Below are positions 24,442-33,261 of a DNA stretch of 42,270 bases, in pieces. Both the position numbers and the translations under genes were made by a program. The stretch lies in IMG/VR virus record IMGVR_UViG_3300022896_000002, positions 1 through 42,270 of that record; one strand, 5' to 3'. Numbering within the stretch: the first letter of the stretch is position 1; each line of letters starts with the position of its first letter. The stretch is from a virus. The notes beneath the pieces were generated by a model. That model was not told where the DNA came from. It ran no database searches and saw only the letters and a list, made by a program, of their open reading frames with translations.

Positions 24442-25011
24442 TTATAGGGGTATAGCCCAAATCCTTCTATCCTCAAATAAAGCTGTTCCTGCTCCAGCCT
24501 TTCGCTTGTACTTGGCAGTTAGGGTAGTCGAGCCGGCAGTAAGTCCTGTGAGTAGAAAAACAGCTCCATGCCTAACCTCAGCGCCACCTGTTGATGCTTC
24601 CATGACGAGGCTCCTGTTGTCTGTAGCGACGGCAGCATTAGCACCGCTTAGTTCAAACCCCATGCTTGGTCGTGTGTCTGCTGTTCCGCTATCTTCGAGG
24701 GCATAGATCCCTACTAAGAGTAGTCCATTCACGCCTACAGCTACCGTCACAGCTGGCCCAACAGTCGCTAGGTTAGTAAATGAAGCGCTAGTTGTTGATT
24801 CATTAGTCGCAACAATGGCAGCATCAGGGTCTAAGTCTAACTTGCTAGCACTGATTTGACTGTTAGCGAAATGCCTAAGCGCTAGTATGCTGTCGTTGAA
24901 ACCATTTCCAGTATTGAAAGAAGCATCGTTAGCACCCATTAAGTTCATCTTGGTAGACGTTAATAGCTCGTCAGCTACAAATGTTATTGCCGTGTATCCA
25001 CTAGAAGGCAT
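24442..25011 (-). CDS. Putative minor tail / receptor-binding-type protein
   Basis: 189 aa. The N-terminal ITFVADELLTSTKMNLMGAN resembles the (F/V)xDGxxLTAxxxN opening of many minor tail proteins. The rest is Gly/Ala/Thr-rich and beta-type. Confidence 0.6.
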   Translation of the reverse strand: MPSSGYTAITFVADELLTSTKMNLMGANDASFNTGNGFNDSILALRHFANSQISASKLDLDPDAAIVATNESTTSASFTNLATVGPAVTVAVGVNGLLLVGIYALEDSGTADTRPSMGFELSGANAAVATDNRSLVMEASTGGAEVRHGAVFLLTGLTAGSTTLTAKYKRKAGAGTALFEDRRIWAIPL

Positions 25012-25550
25012 TATTTAACCCTTTCTACAATAAATGTTTCATAACGTTCAGTGTTGCCATCGGCCTCATAGTCAGGCGTGTAGCTATCACTAGCTTCTTT
25101 TGAGGCAACTTCACGGCGCATCTTGTCGCGCTCGAACGGACTGAGAGATGGAGGGGCAGGATCAGCATGTGTGATGTTGCCTGCCTTATCGTATAAGACG
25201 GTGCTGGTGGGTACGATACCCTTTTCGAGTGCTGATAATCGTGTATCATTACCGCATGCGCATTCATAACCGACCATTGGTTTGCCGGTTGGGGTTTTGT
25301 CAAGGCGGTTTCGGGTAGTCATGAACAATCCCTGATAGCCAAATATCTCTACACCGCGCTGGGTATTACCACCGCCAGGTTTAGGCACTTCGACAGCGAT
25401 GACGCGCTCACAGTTCATGCACCGGATAAAATATACCATACCGTATTGTTGCGCATAAAACTCAGCCATGCTGACGAGCTCTTCTTGACTCTGCTTAGGA
25501 TATCCTAGGATCTCCTCTTCTGGGGTCCCCTGTAAATCTTTTTTTTTCAT
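25011..25550 (-). CDS. Zn-ribbon protein within the tail module
   Basis: 179 aa, with CMNCERV...CACGND. Confidence 0.6.
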   Translation of the reverse strand: MKKKDLQGTPEEEILGYPKQSQEELVSMAEFYAQQYGMVYFIRCMNCERVIAVEVPKPGGGNTQRGVEIFGYQGLFMTTRNRLDKTPTGKPMVGYECACGNDTRLSALEKGIVPTSTVLYDKAGNITHADPAPPSLSPFERDKMRREVASKEASDSYTPDYEADGNTERYETFIVERVK

Positions 25551-25577
25551 ACTGTCTCCTTTGCGATAATTATAACA

Positions 25578-27173
25578 TTAAAGAGCTAATCTATCAGCAC
25601 CGTCTAGCTGTGAGTGGTCGAGCTGGAAGTAAGTCTGCAGTGTCCTTTGCTCAAGATTCAATTGCTGCGTAAGCTTTGCGGGATAGTCCATAGCGATTGT
25701 GTATCCCATCACCTGAGAGTCGTAAGACTCTGCGGTATCAGGGATGGTGATATTTATAGAGTCACCTATCTGCACTTGTGGCACGGCGAAGTTATTCAAC
25801 GTAAGACGCGCAAGCGGATTACTGAAGAACCTCACTAGCATATATCCCAGGGCGTTGGCGCTAGTAACGTCTTGAACTAGATTGTTCTCAATGACTATAG
25901 TTGATCCCCCATCGTCTGGGTTAAGACCGTACTCGTCGATGCTTGTTTGATCTCTCTGTGGCAATGAACTGACCGCGGTTACCTTAGCAGGCTGACCGTA
26001 CAGTTGGATATTAGTAATGTATATAGGTTGAGTGCCGCTGTTAGAGAACGTCATGCGGTATTTGCTACCAAAGTTGTAGGTACTATCAAGCGTAATGAAA
26101 GCGTTCCCAGCAGCACCGCTACCATCGATGCTAAGGTTCGTTGAGTAGACGCTTGTACCGACATTGCTAGAAACATACACTGGATCAGTCACACTTATTG
26201 CAACAAATTCCCCCTCATCGTCTCTGAACTCGGCGAATATATCTTTTGATCCGCCAGGAGGTATCATTGTCTCATCACTGGCGTCAGCAAGCTCGAACAT
26301 CTTATTATATGCAGCGGGCTTTAGAGGCCGGGCGTTAACTGACACGTCATTGATTATGCTCGTGGTATCCCATTCAATGCCTGCCGTATTATCATAGTCG
26401 AACGACCATTGTGTGGTCTGATTATATATAAAGTGCAATCGGTTCCACCATTGGATTATTCCCTGCTCATCAACAAAGGCTAGCGCACCCTCGGCCTCAC
26501 ACAGTTCCTGTATCATTTCGGTGACTATACGATCCTTGGGCATGAAGTAGCCAATCGGCTGCTGAATGCTTTCTTCGATATTAAACTGTGATGAAGTGAA
26601 CCCCTGTTCTATAAGCAGTTCCTCAATTATCTCATTAGCGCGCATGTTTATCATTGTGCCTAGCGAGCTTTTCTTGTTGCTAAGATAGCTCATAGCATCG
26701 AAGCACTGCAATACAGTCTTCCTGTTTGTGACGGTATTAATGGGACGTTCAGTGTAACCGGTAAAGAGATTTATGAACTCACCATTAAATCCGACGGATA
26801 GCTTAATAGGTCGGTCTCTTACGATATTACCGCCAATTATAGGATCATATCCGGGCATGAATCTCTTCGACGCGTTGTTAAGCACGACATCGGCTTGTGC
26901 CGTTATTACGCCCCATGGTCTAGAGCTGACTTTCTTAGTGATGCGAAAGCTATCAACATACTGGCTCTCGTTAATATAATCATAACGGTCGAAAAAGCTA
27001 ACGCTGCTCTCAACTCCCTTTAGCTTATCATTCCCATCAAGGTGTGAATGATCAAGCTGAAAGAACGTCGTAGAGGGGTCAATATTCTTTAGCCAAGATA
27101 TTAATACCCCGAACTGTGGCTCTCGGTAATTAGCGGCTGTCTCCGTACTGAAATTCATACTGACGGCTTGCAT
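25578..27173 (-). CDS. Tail tip / baseplate hub-like protein
   Basis: 531 aa, second gene after the tape measure. FQLDHS(H/Q)LDG(N/A)D(K/R)L occurs at both the N- and C-termini. Confidence 0.65.
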   Translation of the reverse strand: MQAVSMNFSTETAANYREPQFGVLISWLKNIDPSTTFFQLDHSHLDGNDKLKGVESSVSFFDRYDYINESQYVDSFRITKKVSSRPWGVITAQADVVLNNASKRFMPGYDPIIGGNIVRDRPIKLSVGFNGEFINLFTGYTERPINTVTNRKTVLQCFDAMSYLSNKKSSLGTMINMRANEIIEELLIEQGFTSSQFNIEESIQQPIGYFMPKDRIVTEMIQELCEAEGALAFVDEQGIIQWWNRLHFIYNQTTQWSFDYDNTAGIEWDTTSIINDVSVNARPLKPAAYNKMFELADASDETMIPPGGSKDIFAEFRDDEGEFVAISVTDPVYVSSNVGTSVYSTNLSIDGSGAAGNAFITLDSTYNFGSKYRMTFSNSGTQPIYITNIQLYGQPAKVTAVSSLPQRDQTSIDEYGLNPDDGGSTIVIENNLVQDVTSANALGYMLVRFFSNPLARLTLNNFAVPQVQIGDSINITIPDTAESYDSQVMGYTIAMDYPAKLTQQLNLEQRTLQTYFQLDHSQLDGADRLAL

Positions 27174-27174
27174 G

Positions 27175-27519
27175 CTAGACCTCTAGTATCGTCGCATTTA
27201 AGATTACTAAGGTATCACCACTGCTAAGGTAGTCCGACTTCTCAAACGTGGCAAGTCCTGTGAAGGCTAGTGTCCCAGCAGTAGCATCACTCAACGTATT
27301 CACATAATCCACAGTGCCCGCCTCAAACATATCCATAATCGTGCGCGCCTCAACAGTCGACAAATATTCCCATGATAAATCAACACGGTTCTTCTTGCCC
27401 ATTCTATCGCGTTGACGGCTACCAGATATAGATACTTGGTCAGTTTGAATCTGGTCTTGATTCTCGCGCACACGCGTGGGTTGTCTTATGGCTACAGCAT
27501 TTAGTGTTATAGGATTCAT
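27175..27519 (-). CDS. Putative distal/minor tail protein
   Basis: 114 aa, immediately downstream of the tape measure with a TAATG-type overlap. Confidence 0.6.
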   Translation of the reverse strand: MNPITLNAVAIRQPTRVRENQDQIQTDQVSISGSRQRDRMGKKNRVDLSWEYLSTVEARTIMDMFEAGTVDYVNTLSDATAGTLAFTGLATFEKSDYLSSGDTLVILNATILEV

Positions 27520-29477
27520 TATCGTAGTGCCCTCATATCAGCAACATTAAGTCCTTTTAATCCTTGGCTCCTTAAGGCGTCAGCAATCTTGTGAGCCATT
27601 CCGACTGCTTGAGAATCAGTAAAGCTCGTTCCATCATTCTCAACAGTGACGCTAACTGATATATTGAAGTTATTAACTCCACCACCTATCTGACCATTCG
27701 ACATAATATCCTCTGTCTGTTTTTTATTGTGTATCCTACTGCCCTTAGGAGCATCGATTATCTCTGGGCCGTTCTCGCCTACCAGGGTCCTGCCGCCAGG
27801 CCACCATGTGGTACCTGATGCATTCCTACCAATTGGTTTGGTAAATATATTACCGCCGGTTCCTCTTGGTGCCAGAAGGGGGACTGTATATTGCTTAACG
27901 CCAAGACTGCCGCGGCGTGCCTCAGCCACATTAGCAATTGAGTTAATGTTATTTATTTGTGACCTTGCTGTCCTGCTATCAGCGTCTTTAACTGCATTTA
28001 GAGCATCTTTTTGTCTTTTAAGCGCTTCGGTGGTTGCATCGACGGCCTTCTTAACTTGATTGTCGGCGTTCTTTACATCCTGTTTAGCACGCTCTAGATC
28101 TAGAGTTGCCTGTCGGGCTTCTAGAGATCCCCTACCATAGCGAGCTATTGCATCCTTAAGTCTAATCTCCGCACTCTCAACGGCTAGAGACGCCTGCCTA
28201 GAAGATAACTTAGCATTGGTCAAAGCAAGCTGCGAGTCATTGAGGCCTTGGTTAGCTAGCTTCAGTGAATCGGCAGCTGCTTTCTGTCGTTGTTGTGCGA
28301 TGGTCGCGGAGTTTGTCGTCGCTATATAAGTGCCCACTATAGCGGTTACTATCGTAATGGCAGCTCCTAGGGCCAGCATCCAAGGTCCACTAATGGCATT
28401 CTTCAACATCATTAGTACCGGTATGGCAGATCCTACATTACCGGCGAACCCTGCTACTGCTCCGGCCGCTGACAGCACGGGGCCACCAAAAGCAATAATG
28501 TTAGCAGTCACTACCTTAACCGCATCAGGGAGAGCGTTGAAGGTGCTCACCGCCCATATCTGCGCGTCAGCGAGTCGCTGCCACATGGGGAGGGCAGTTT
28601 GTCCAATAGCTAAAGTGAACGCTTGCTGCGCATCCTTAAGTTGCTTCTGTACGGCCACATATTTGCTGACTGCTTCGATGTTACTAGTAGTAATGGTTAT
28701 GCCTAATTTATCTGCCTGCTCCTCTAGCTTTTGTATACCATCACTACCTTGGTTGAGCACTTTTATAAGGTCTTTTCCTGATCGGCCAAACAGTTGCATT
28801 GACAATGTTGTCTTCTTAGCTCCATCTGGCAAAGCCTTGAAACGATCTGCTACCTCAAGTAATATGGCTGAGAATGATTTGCTCTCTCCCTTGGCGGTTT
28901 TAGTTTCAATACCCAATTTCTGTAGGGGTGTCTTAGCCTCGCCAAGCTCTTTTTTGTACTTGCTAATACTAATGTTCAGCGAATCAACCTGGTTTTTGTA
29001 CTTCCCAGACTCGTCGCCATTCTTCTTGATCTCTTGATTTATTTCCTTAATCTTTATCTTGGCAGCTTCTATCTTGTTTGCAATATCTTTATGCGCTGCT
29101 GAGCCTTTTTCTACAGCCTCATTGGTAGCACTAATTTGTTTTTGAAACACCCCGAATATAGTAGTCGACTGTTGAGCGGATATGCCTGATCGCTGTAGTA
29201 CGTATTGCAGACGAGACGTTTGTTCAACACTCTCCCCTGTAATACGTGCGACACCGGTCACAGACTTAACATAGTCAATATTGGCATTTGTTGCCATTTT
29301 AGAATAGGCCGTAAGACCTACGCCTACGGCCGCGACAGCAAGTGACGCCTTCTTTAGTTTCGATGAGAACGAGTCATGCTGCTTACCAGCTCGTTCAATC
29401 TGACTCGAGTAATTGCGTATCTTAGTGGATGCACCATCATCCTTCGCCCGAATGAGAGTGGTTAGGCTATTATCCAT
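27519..29477 (-). CDS. Tail tape measure protein
   Basis: 652 aa. Coiled-coil-rich ends flank a central hydrophobic Gly/Ala segment (IIAFGGPVLSAAGAVAGFAGNVGSAIPVLMML...). It follows the chaperone pair. Confidence 0.85.
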   Translation of the reverse strand: MDNSLTTLIRAKDDGASTKIRNYSSQIERAGKQHDSFSSKLKKASLAVAAVGVGLTAYSKMATNANIDYVKSVTGVARITGESVEQTSRLQYVLQRSGISAQQSTTIFGVFQKQISATNEAVEKGSAAHKDIANKIEAAKIKIKEINQEIKKNGDESGKYKNQVDSLNISISKYKKELGEAKTPLQKLGIETKTAKGESKSFSAILLEVADRFKALPDGAKKTTLSMQLFGRSGKDLIKVLNQGSDGIQKLEEQADKLGITITTSNIEAVSKYVAVQKQLKDAQQAFTLAIGQTALPMWQRLADAQIWAVSTFNALPDAVKVVTANIIAFGGPVLSAAGAVAGFAGNVGSAIPVLMMLKNAISGPWMLALGAAITIVTAIVGTYIATTNSATIAQQRQKAAADSLKLANQGLNDSQLALTNAKLSSRQASLAVESAEIRLKDAIARYGRGSLEARQATLDLERAKQDVKNADNQVKKAVDATTEALKRQKDALNAVKDADSRTARSQINNINSIANVAEARRGSLGVKQYTVPLLAPRGTGGNIFTKPIGRNASGTTWWPGGRTLVGENGPEIIDAPKGSRIHNKKQTEDIMSNGQIGGGVNNFNISVSVTVENDGTSFTDSQAVGMAHKIADALRSQGLKGLNVADMRALR

Positions 29478-29670
29478 TGTTCTTATCCCTCTCAGCGATT
29501 ATTTTCATATGTATTATGGTGAATAGCTTGTCCATGAAATCTGTGGGTTGACTCTTTGCCTGAGCGAGCGTCCAGTGCATATCGTGGCATACCATGATTA
29601 TAGCAAGCTCAGGTGAGATCTCGTTAATCTTGCCGGCTAAGAAGTCTCTGTACTCTTGCCGGAATCGTCT
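29470..29670 (-). CDS. -1 frame extension of the tail assembly chaperone (the T part of a G-T fusion)
   Basis: The -1 frame is open for 66 codons from the A-run to the TAA at 29472..29470 (RRFRQEYRDFLAGKINEISPELAIIMVCHDMHWTLAQAK...). Its end overlaps the tape measure start codon. Confidence 0.7.
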   Translation of the reverse strand, partial: RRFRQEYRDFLAGKINEISPELAIIMVCHDMHWTLAQAKSQPTDFMDKLFTIIHMKIIAERDKNNG

Positions 29671-29999
29671 TTTTTTTCCGCTACTTCCTCTTCTGTAGGA
29701 TTAGCGACTTTCTCTACTTCGTCCTTCACAAACTTGCAATCTCTAACAGCCATGTTGTACACAAGGTCAACGATACCTAGTGGCCTACCTTCACCATCGC
29801 TGCCGTCGACAGATACTACAATTCTTTTTATAGACTCCCTCATTGATTCTGCGAGCGATTTGCCGGTAACACTCTGGGGATCATCACTGAATAACGCTGT
29901 GTTAATAGCCTCGTCATCGAAACCAGTGATCGAACTCTTGAGTACAACCTTGTGTTTGTTTACGGGTGTTGTGATTGTGTGTGTAGTAATGTCTGGCAT
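29637..29999 (-). CDS. Tail assembly chaperone (G-like, zero-frame product)
   Basis: 120 aa, acidic, between the tail tube and tape measure genes. It contains the slippery site near its 3' end. Confidence 0.75.
   Translation of the reverse strand: MPDITTHTITTPVNKHKVVLKSSITGFDDEAINTALFSDDPQSVTGKSLAESMRESIKRIVVSVDGSDGEGRPLGIVDLVYNMAVRDCKFVKDEVEKVANPTEEEVAEKKDDSGKSTETS
29670..29677 (-). promoter_or_regulatory. Programmed -1 ribosomal frameshift slippery site
   Basis: The minus strand reads G GAA AAA AAA GAC (A8 run), giving the heptamer A_AAA_AAA at 29676..29670 in the zero frame of the chaperone gene. Confidence 0.7.
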
Positions 30000-30016
30000 G
30001 GTATCCCTTTTTATTA

Positions 30017-31012
30017 TTAGTATGCAGTCCCAGCGTAAGCATTTGTTACTCGGGCGGTAATCTGTGCGCCTGTAGCTAGGTTAAGTACTGCCTTGTAGTT
30101 AACGGTAATAACTTTGACATCGTTATTGTCAAAGCTAATCTCTGGGTATTCCAGTACGATCTCTGGCATTGTAAAGCGTAGCGCTGGGTTATGGCTACCC
30201 GAGGTACCAATGATGGTATCGGTGTTTATCATATCTACACGGCATGCTTGGTGGGTGTTGTTTGCAGCAAGCGTGTGGTAAGCGCGGTCATCGTAGAATA
30301 ATACGAATCGGCCGCCAACCTCAACCTGCTTGTTTCCGAAACCGTCAGGTTCGTTACTACCAAATACCATTTGTTCTTCCACATTCTTGTTGATATCCAG
30401 GGTGAATGAACTCATCTTTGCAGCCGTAACAGCATCAATCGTAGCGTCGTTAGCACCTGCTGCGGCTAGCTTAACAACCATATGCCTAGGAACAAACTCA
30501 TTCTCATCTGTGTACGCTGGAGTTTCAGAGGAACTAACACCCTTCTTTGACATGAGGCTAACTGTGCGACGGATGAAGTCACCGACCTCAGCCTCAAGCG
30601 ACCATGAACCGACCATGCCAAATGGATAGCGTGCAGTAAAGTTAGACTCGGCTTTCGCAATGGTAAGGCTAGCATGGGTGCTGTTCTGAGCCATGGTAAA
30701 TGAGTGATCATATACACCAGTCGTGGTTCTTTGGACAGAGACAGGTGACTGACCAAATACGCCTGTAAGCTCAATACCTACTGATTTGTCCTGAATCTTG
30801 CCTGAGTAATCGCCGTCTGCCCAAGCCTTGACTACTTGTGACCCTTGCGCGTCGGCGATATTTCCATACCCGCCTTCGTTGGCTTTGTTTTTTGTGCGGT
30901 CGTCAAACCCAAGATCAAGTACTGGAATCCAGAAGTCAGGCGCCTTCTCGGTGCCGCGAGGTGTCTCTTTGCCAAGACCAAGCTTTGTTAATCGTCCAAT
31001 GTCGCGTGCCAT
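30017..31012 (-). CDS. Putative major tail (tube) protein
   Basis: 331 aa. The call rests on position, directly upstream of the chaperone/tape-measure pair. No sheath gene was recognised. Confidence 0.65.
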   Translation of the reverse strand: MARDIGRLTKLGLGKETPRGTEKAPDFWIPVLDLGFDDRTKNKANEGGYGNIADAQGSQVVKAWADGDYSGKIQDKSVGIELTGVFGQSPVSVQRTTTGVYDHSFTMAQNSTHASLTIAKAESNFTARYPFGMVGSWSLEAEVGDFIRRTVSLMSKKGVSSSETPAYTDENEFVPRHMVVKLAAAGANDATIDAVTAAKMSSFTLDINKNVEEQMVFGSNEPDGFGNKQVEVGGRFVLFYDDRAYHTLAANNTHQACRVDMINTDTIIGTSGSHNPALRFTMPEIVLEYPEISFDNNDVKVITVNYKAVLNLATGAQITARVTNAYAGTAY

Positions 31013-31179
31013 TAGTTTGAACCCTCCTTGTTGGTCTTTTTCTTCATTTTAGTAAGAGCTTCTTCGTATGATGGAGCTTCAATCGTCACCTCTTGTTCAG
31101 GAAAATAGAATGGCAAATCCACTGGCTGGCGCTCATTACCATCATCATTAGATTTACTGGTTTTTTCAGGGGTAGTCAT
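31012..31179 (-). CDS. Small acidic hypothetical protein (55 aa), below the ORF-track cutoff
   Basis: Hand-translated: MTTPEKTSKSNDDGNERQPVDLPFYFPEQEVTIEAPSYEEALTKMKKKTNKEGSN. AAGGAGAGATAG precedes the ATG, and there is a TAATG overlap with the tube gene. Confidence 0.55.
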   Translation of the reverse strand: MTTPEKTSKSNDDGNERQPVDLPFYFPEQEVTIEAPSYEEALTKMKKKTNKEGSN

Positions 31180-31229
31180 CTATCTCTCCTTATGCTTGTT
31201 TAAAGTTTATCACTTATATTTCTTTTGCG

Positions 31230-31748
31230 CTACTCGTAGAACTCTGGGTTAGGCAGATGCGCCTTTACATTAAAACGAATGTTGGCCTCAACAGAAAATA
31301 TGCCCGGCCCTCTACGCTCAATGCCCATGCCATAGTTAATCGATAATGGGCTGCCAACGCCTATCCACAGGTTTGGTGCTAGCTGCTGAGCCTTGCCGAG
31401 CTGATATAGTATCGTATCGTTCTTAAGCCTAAACTGTCCATCGCGCGCCTCGCAGAATTCATACAACTCTGGCATGCCCTGAACTAAGTCGTGAGGCCCA
31501 TCAAGATCCTGCATTATGTCCAGTATGACCGTAAGCACCATTGAGATGTCGTGATTGTCCTCCATGTTGCTCGCAGGGGTGACGAGTACTGTATCTCTTG
31601 CGATATAGGCCATAGGAAACTCTGACTCGTTTGGCAAGAGCACATCACCATTAATGTACTTACCTTTGAGTTTGCTTGGGCCAGAGCTATCAAGCAGATC
31701 AATAACCTTCTGGGTGATAGGGTCCCGATATAAGTCGCTGTATTCCAT
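31230..31748 (-). CDS. Putative tail terminator / head-tail joining protein
   Basis: 172 aa. The call is by position only. Confidence 0.55.
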   Translation of the reverse strand: MEYSDLYRDPITQKVIDLLDSSGPSKLKGKYINGDVLLPNESEFPMAYIARDTVLVTPASNMEDNHDISMVLTVILDIMQDLDGPHDLVQGMPELYEFCEARDGQFRLKNDTILYQLGKAQQLAPNLWIGVGSPLSINYGMGIERRGPGIFSVEANIRFNVKAHLPNPEFYE

Positions 31749-32203
31749 TATCTACGTGATCTCATTAAACTTACCAGATATGCCTGGAATGCTTTTTGTA
31801 TATATTGCCTTCGCTCTTCATCTACCTTCATCATAACACGACGTGGCAGCTTGTACCGCGGCTTGTTACTTTGGTGATATACGAAGTAAGGTGCCTTGTT
31901 TGATATGGTCAGTGAGTTCTTATCAACTATGCTCTCAAAGCTTTGGCGCATCTCGCCTGTCTTCTGTAATAGTGGCCAGGTATCTATACGTATGCCGTCA
32001 CGATATTGTGGCTTACGTTCTCTCCAGCCACCGAACAGGCTACCTTCATCATCAAAGTTGTCATCAAATGTCTTCTTTAGCTCACCACCAATCTTATTGA
32101 GTGGGTCGGTAAAATCTGTTACGCCGTCGGCTACTATGAGTAACCGACGGCTAAGCTGCTTTTCACCTTCAAGCTCAACTGATAATTCAATGCCGCCTGG
32201 CAT
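31748..32203 (-). CDS. Virion morphogenesis protein (Mu gpG / tail-completion-like)
   Basis: 151 aa. The pattern ...PLNKIGGELKKTFDDNFDDEGSLFGGWRERKP... resembles the virion morphogenesis family, recalled from memory. Confidence 0.6.
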   Translation of the reverse strand: MPGGIELSVELEGEKQLSRRLLIVADGVTDFTDPLNKIGGELKKTFDDNFDDEGSLFGGWRERKPQYRDGIRIDTWPLLQKTGEMRQSFESIVDKNSLTISNKAPYFVYHQSNKPRYKLPRRVMMKVDEERRQYIQKAFQAYLVSLMRSRR

Positions 32204-32895
32204 TATTGTCTCCGCATGAAGAAGTCTTCATCATTAACGGCGCAGGAGTCGTCGTATTGCCTAGAGAAGATATTCGGGTCGGTTACAACCATTACAGAAT
32301 TATTTGCAGTATTGTCATCTGCCTTCTGCTCCTGAAGTTTGCTTTCGATAAAGGTATCGAGGAGCTTCTCTGCTAGCTTGATCTTTGCATATCCGTCTTT
32401 GGATGTATCTGAGCTATCAGTGCGAGAGCCCCAATCTCTGGTGAGTATGAGACCCGAGGCATATAGCTCGGCAACAGTCGATATGATAGTAGGCACGGTA
32501 TCTAGTGGTATCTTAAGCTTAGGCACAAACCGCGGCGTTCTCAGTTTGGTATCTATAAAGCTCTCGGCTTCTTCAGCTTTTCCCTTAACATAGTCAACGC
32601 TTATTGGGCTGTATGAATAGTCGAGCGTTACCTTAGAGCTTACTGCAGGTGCTAGGGTAAGAGTAACCTTTCCGGTCGCTTCCTCAACAGCTTGTATGAC
32701 GACCGGGATGCCGTTAACATACGCTGTGACATCTTCAATAGTCACTTCGTCGTCATTATCCCGGTCAGCTATCGGACGTCTCTTAGCAACAAAGATACGG
32801 TTTGAACCATCCACGATTCCATTAGGAGTCTCGTTATCCTGCCTCTTGAGCAAGCCTGAACTTTCCCTAATGGATTGTACGCTAGTATAGTGCAT
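32203..32895 (-). CDS. Putative head-tail adaptor / head completion protein
   Basis: 230 aa. The call is by position, downstream of the capsid gene block. Confidence 0.55.
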   Translation of the reverse strand: MHYTSVQSIRESSGLLKRQDNETPNGIVDGSNRIFVAKRRPIADRDNDDEVTIEDVTAYVNGIPVVIQAVEEATGKVTLTLAPAVSSKVTLDYSYSPISVDYVKGKAEEAESFIDTKLRTPRFVPKLKIPLDTVPTIISTVAELYASGLILTRDWGSRTDSSDTSKDGYAKIKLAEKLLDTFIESKLQEQKADDNTANNSVMVVTDPNIFSRQYDDSCAVNDEDFFMRRQ

Positions 32896-32897
32896 GG

Positions 32898-33206
32898 TTA
32901 CTTGGTAGCTGCTGGACTCTCGTCATCGTAGTTACGACCAGCCTGCTCGGCTTCTGGCTTTTGGTCTTCAGGCTGAGAACCACGTCTTCGTCGGGTTTTG
33001 GCCTGCTCGGCTTCTGGCTTTTGGTCTTCGTTTACAAACTCCAATGATGGGTCTAACTCAATGAGCTTGACCTGCTCCTCGGTTAGCTCGACTGTCTGTG
33101 GTTCAGGACCAGGGATAAAATGGTAGCCTGCGCGTCGGTGGCCGCTAGGCATAGGAAAGCCCTTAATAAGACGTACTTGGTATTCTTTGGTTGATTCTTT
33201 GCTCAT
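32898..33206 (-). CDS. Hypothetical protein with an internal 20-aa repeat
   Basis: 102 aa. EDQKPEAEQA occurs twice, encoded by an identical 29-bp direct repeat at 32941-32969 and 33001-33029. Confidence 0.6.
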   Translation of the reverse strand: MSKESTKEYQVRLIKGFPMPSGHRRAGYHFIPGPEPQTVELTEEQVKLIELDPSLEFVNEDQKPEAEQAKTRRRRGSQPEDQKPEAEQAGRNYDDESPAATK

Positions 33207-33223
33207 ATAATTCCTCTGTAGTT

Positions 33224-33246
33224 AAAAGGGGCGCTTTCTGCGCCCC
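33224..33246 (-). terminator. Intrinsic terminator or attenuator after the major capsid gene
   Basis: The minus strand reads GGGGCGC-agaaa-GCGCCCC followed by TTTTAA (plus-strand stem 33228-33234 / 33240-33246). Confidence 0.7.
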
Positions 33247-33261
33247 CTCGTTTGCTAGTTG

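Noticed and set aside
27727-30060. Long plus-strand ORFs opposite structural genes. Examples are 28330..29037 (235 aa), 29656..30060, 35467..35934, 24383..24706, 41368..41616 and 41821..42192.
   Set aside because: These are shadow ORFs antisense to well-supported minus-strand genes. They have low-complexity Ser/Leu/Pro/Ala-rich translations and no ribosome-binding sites.
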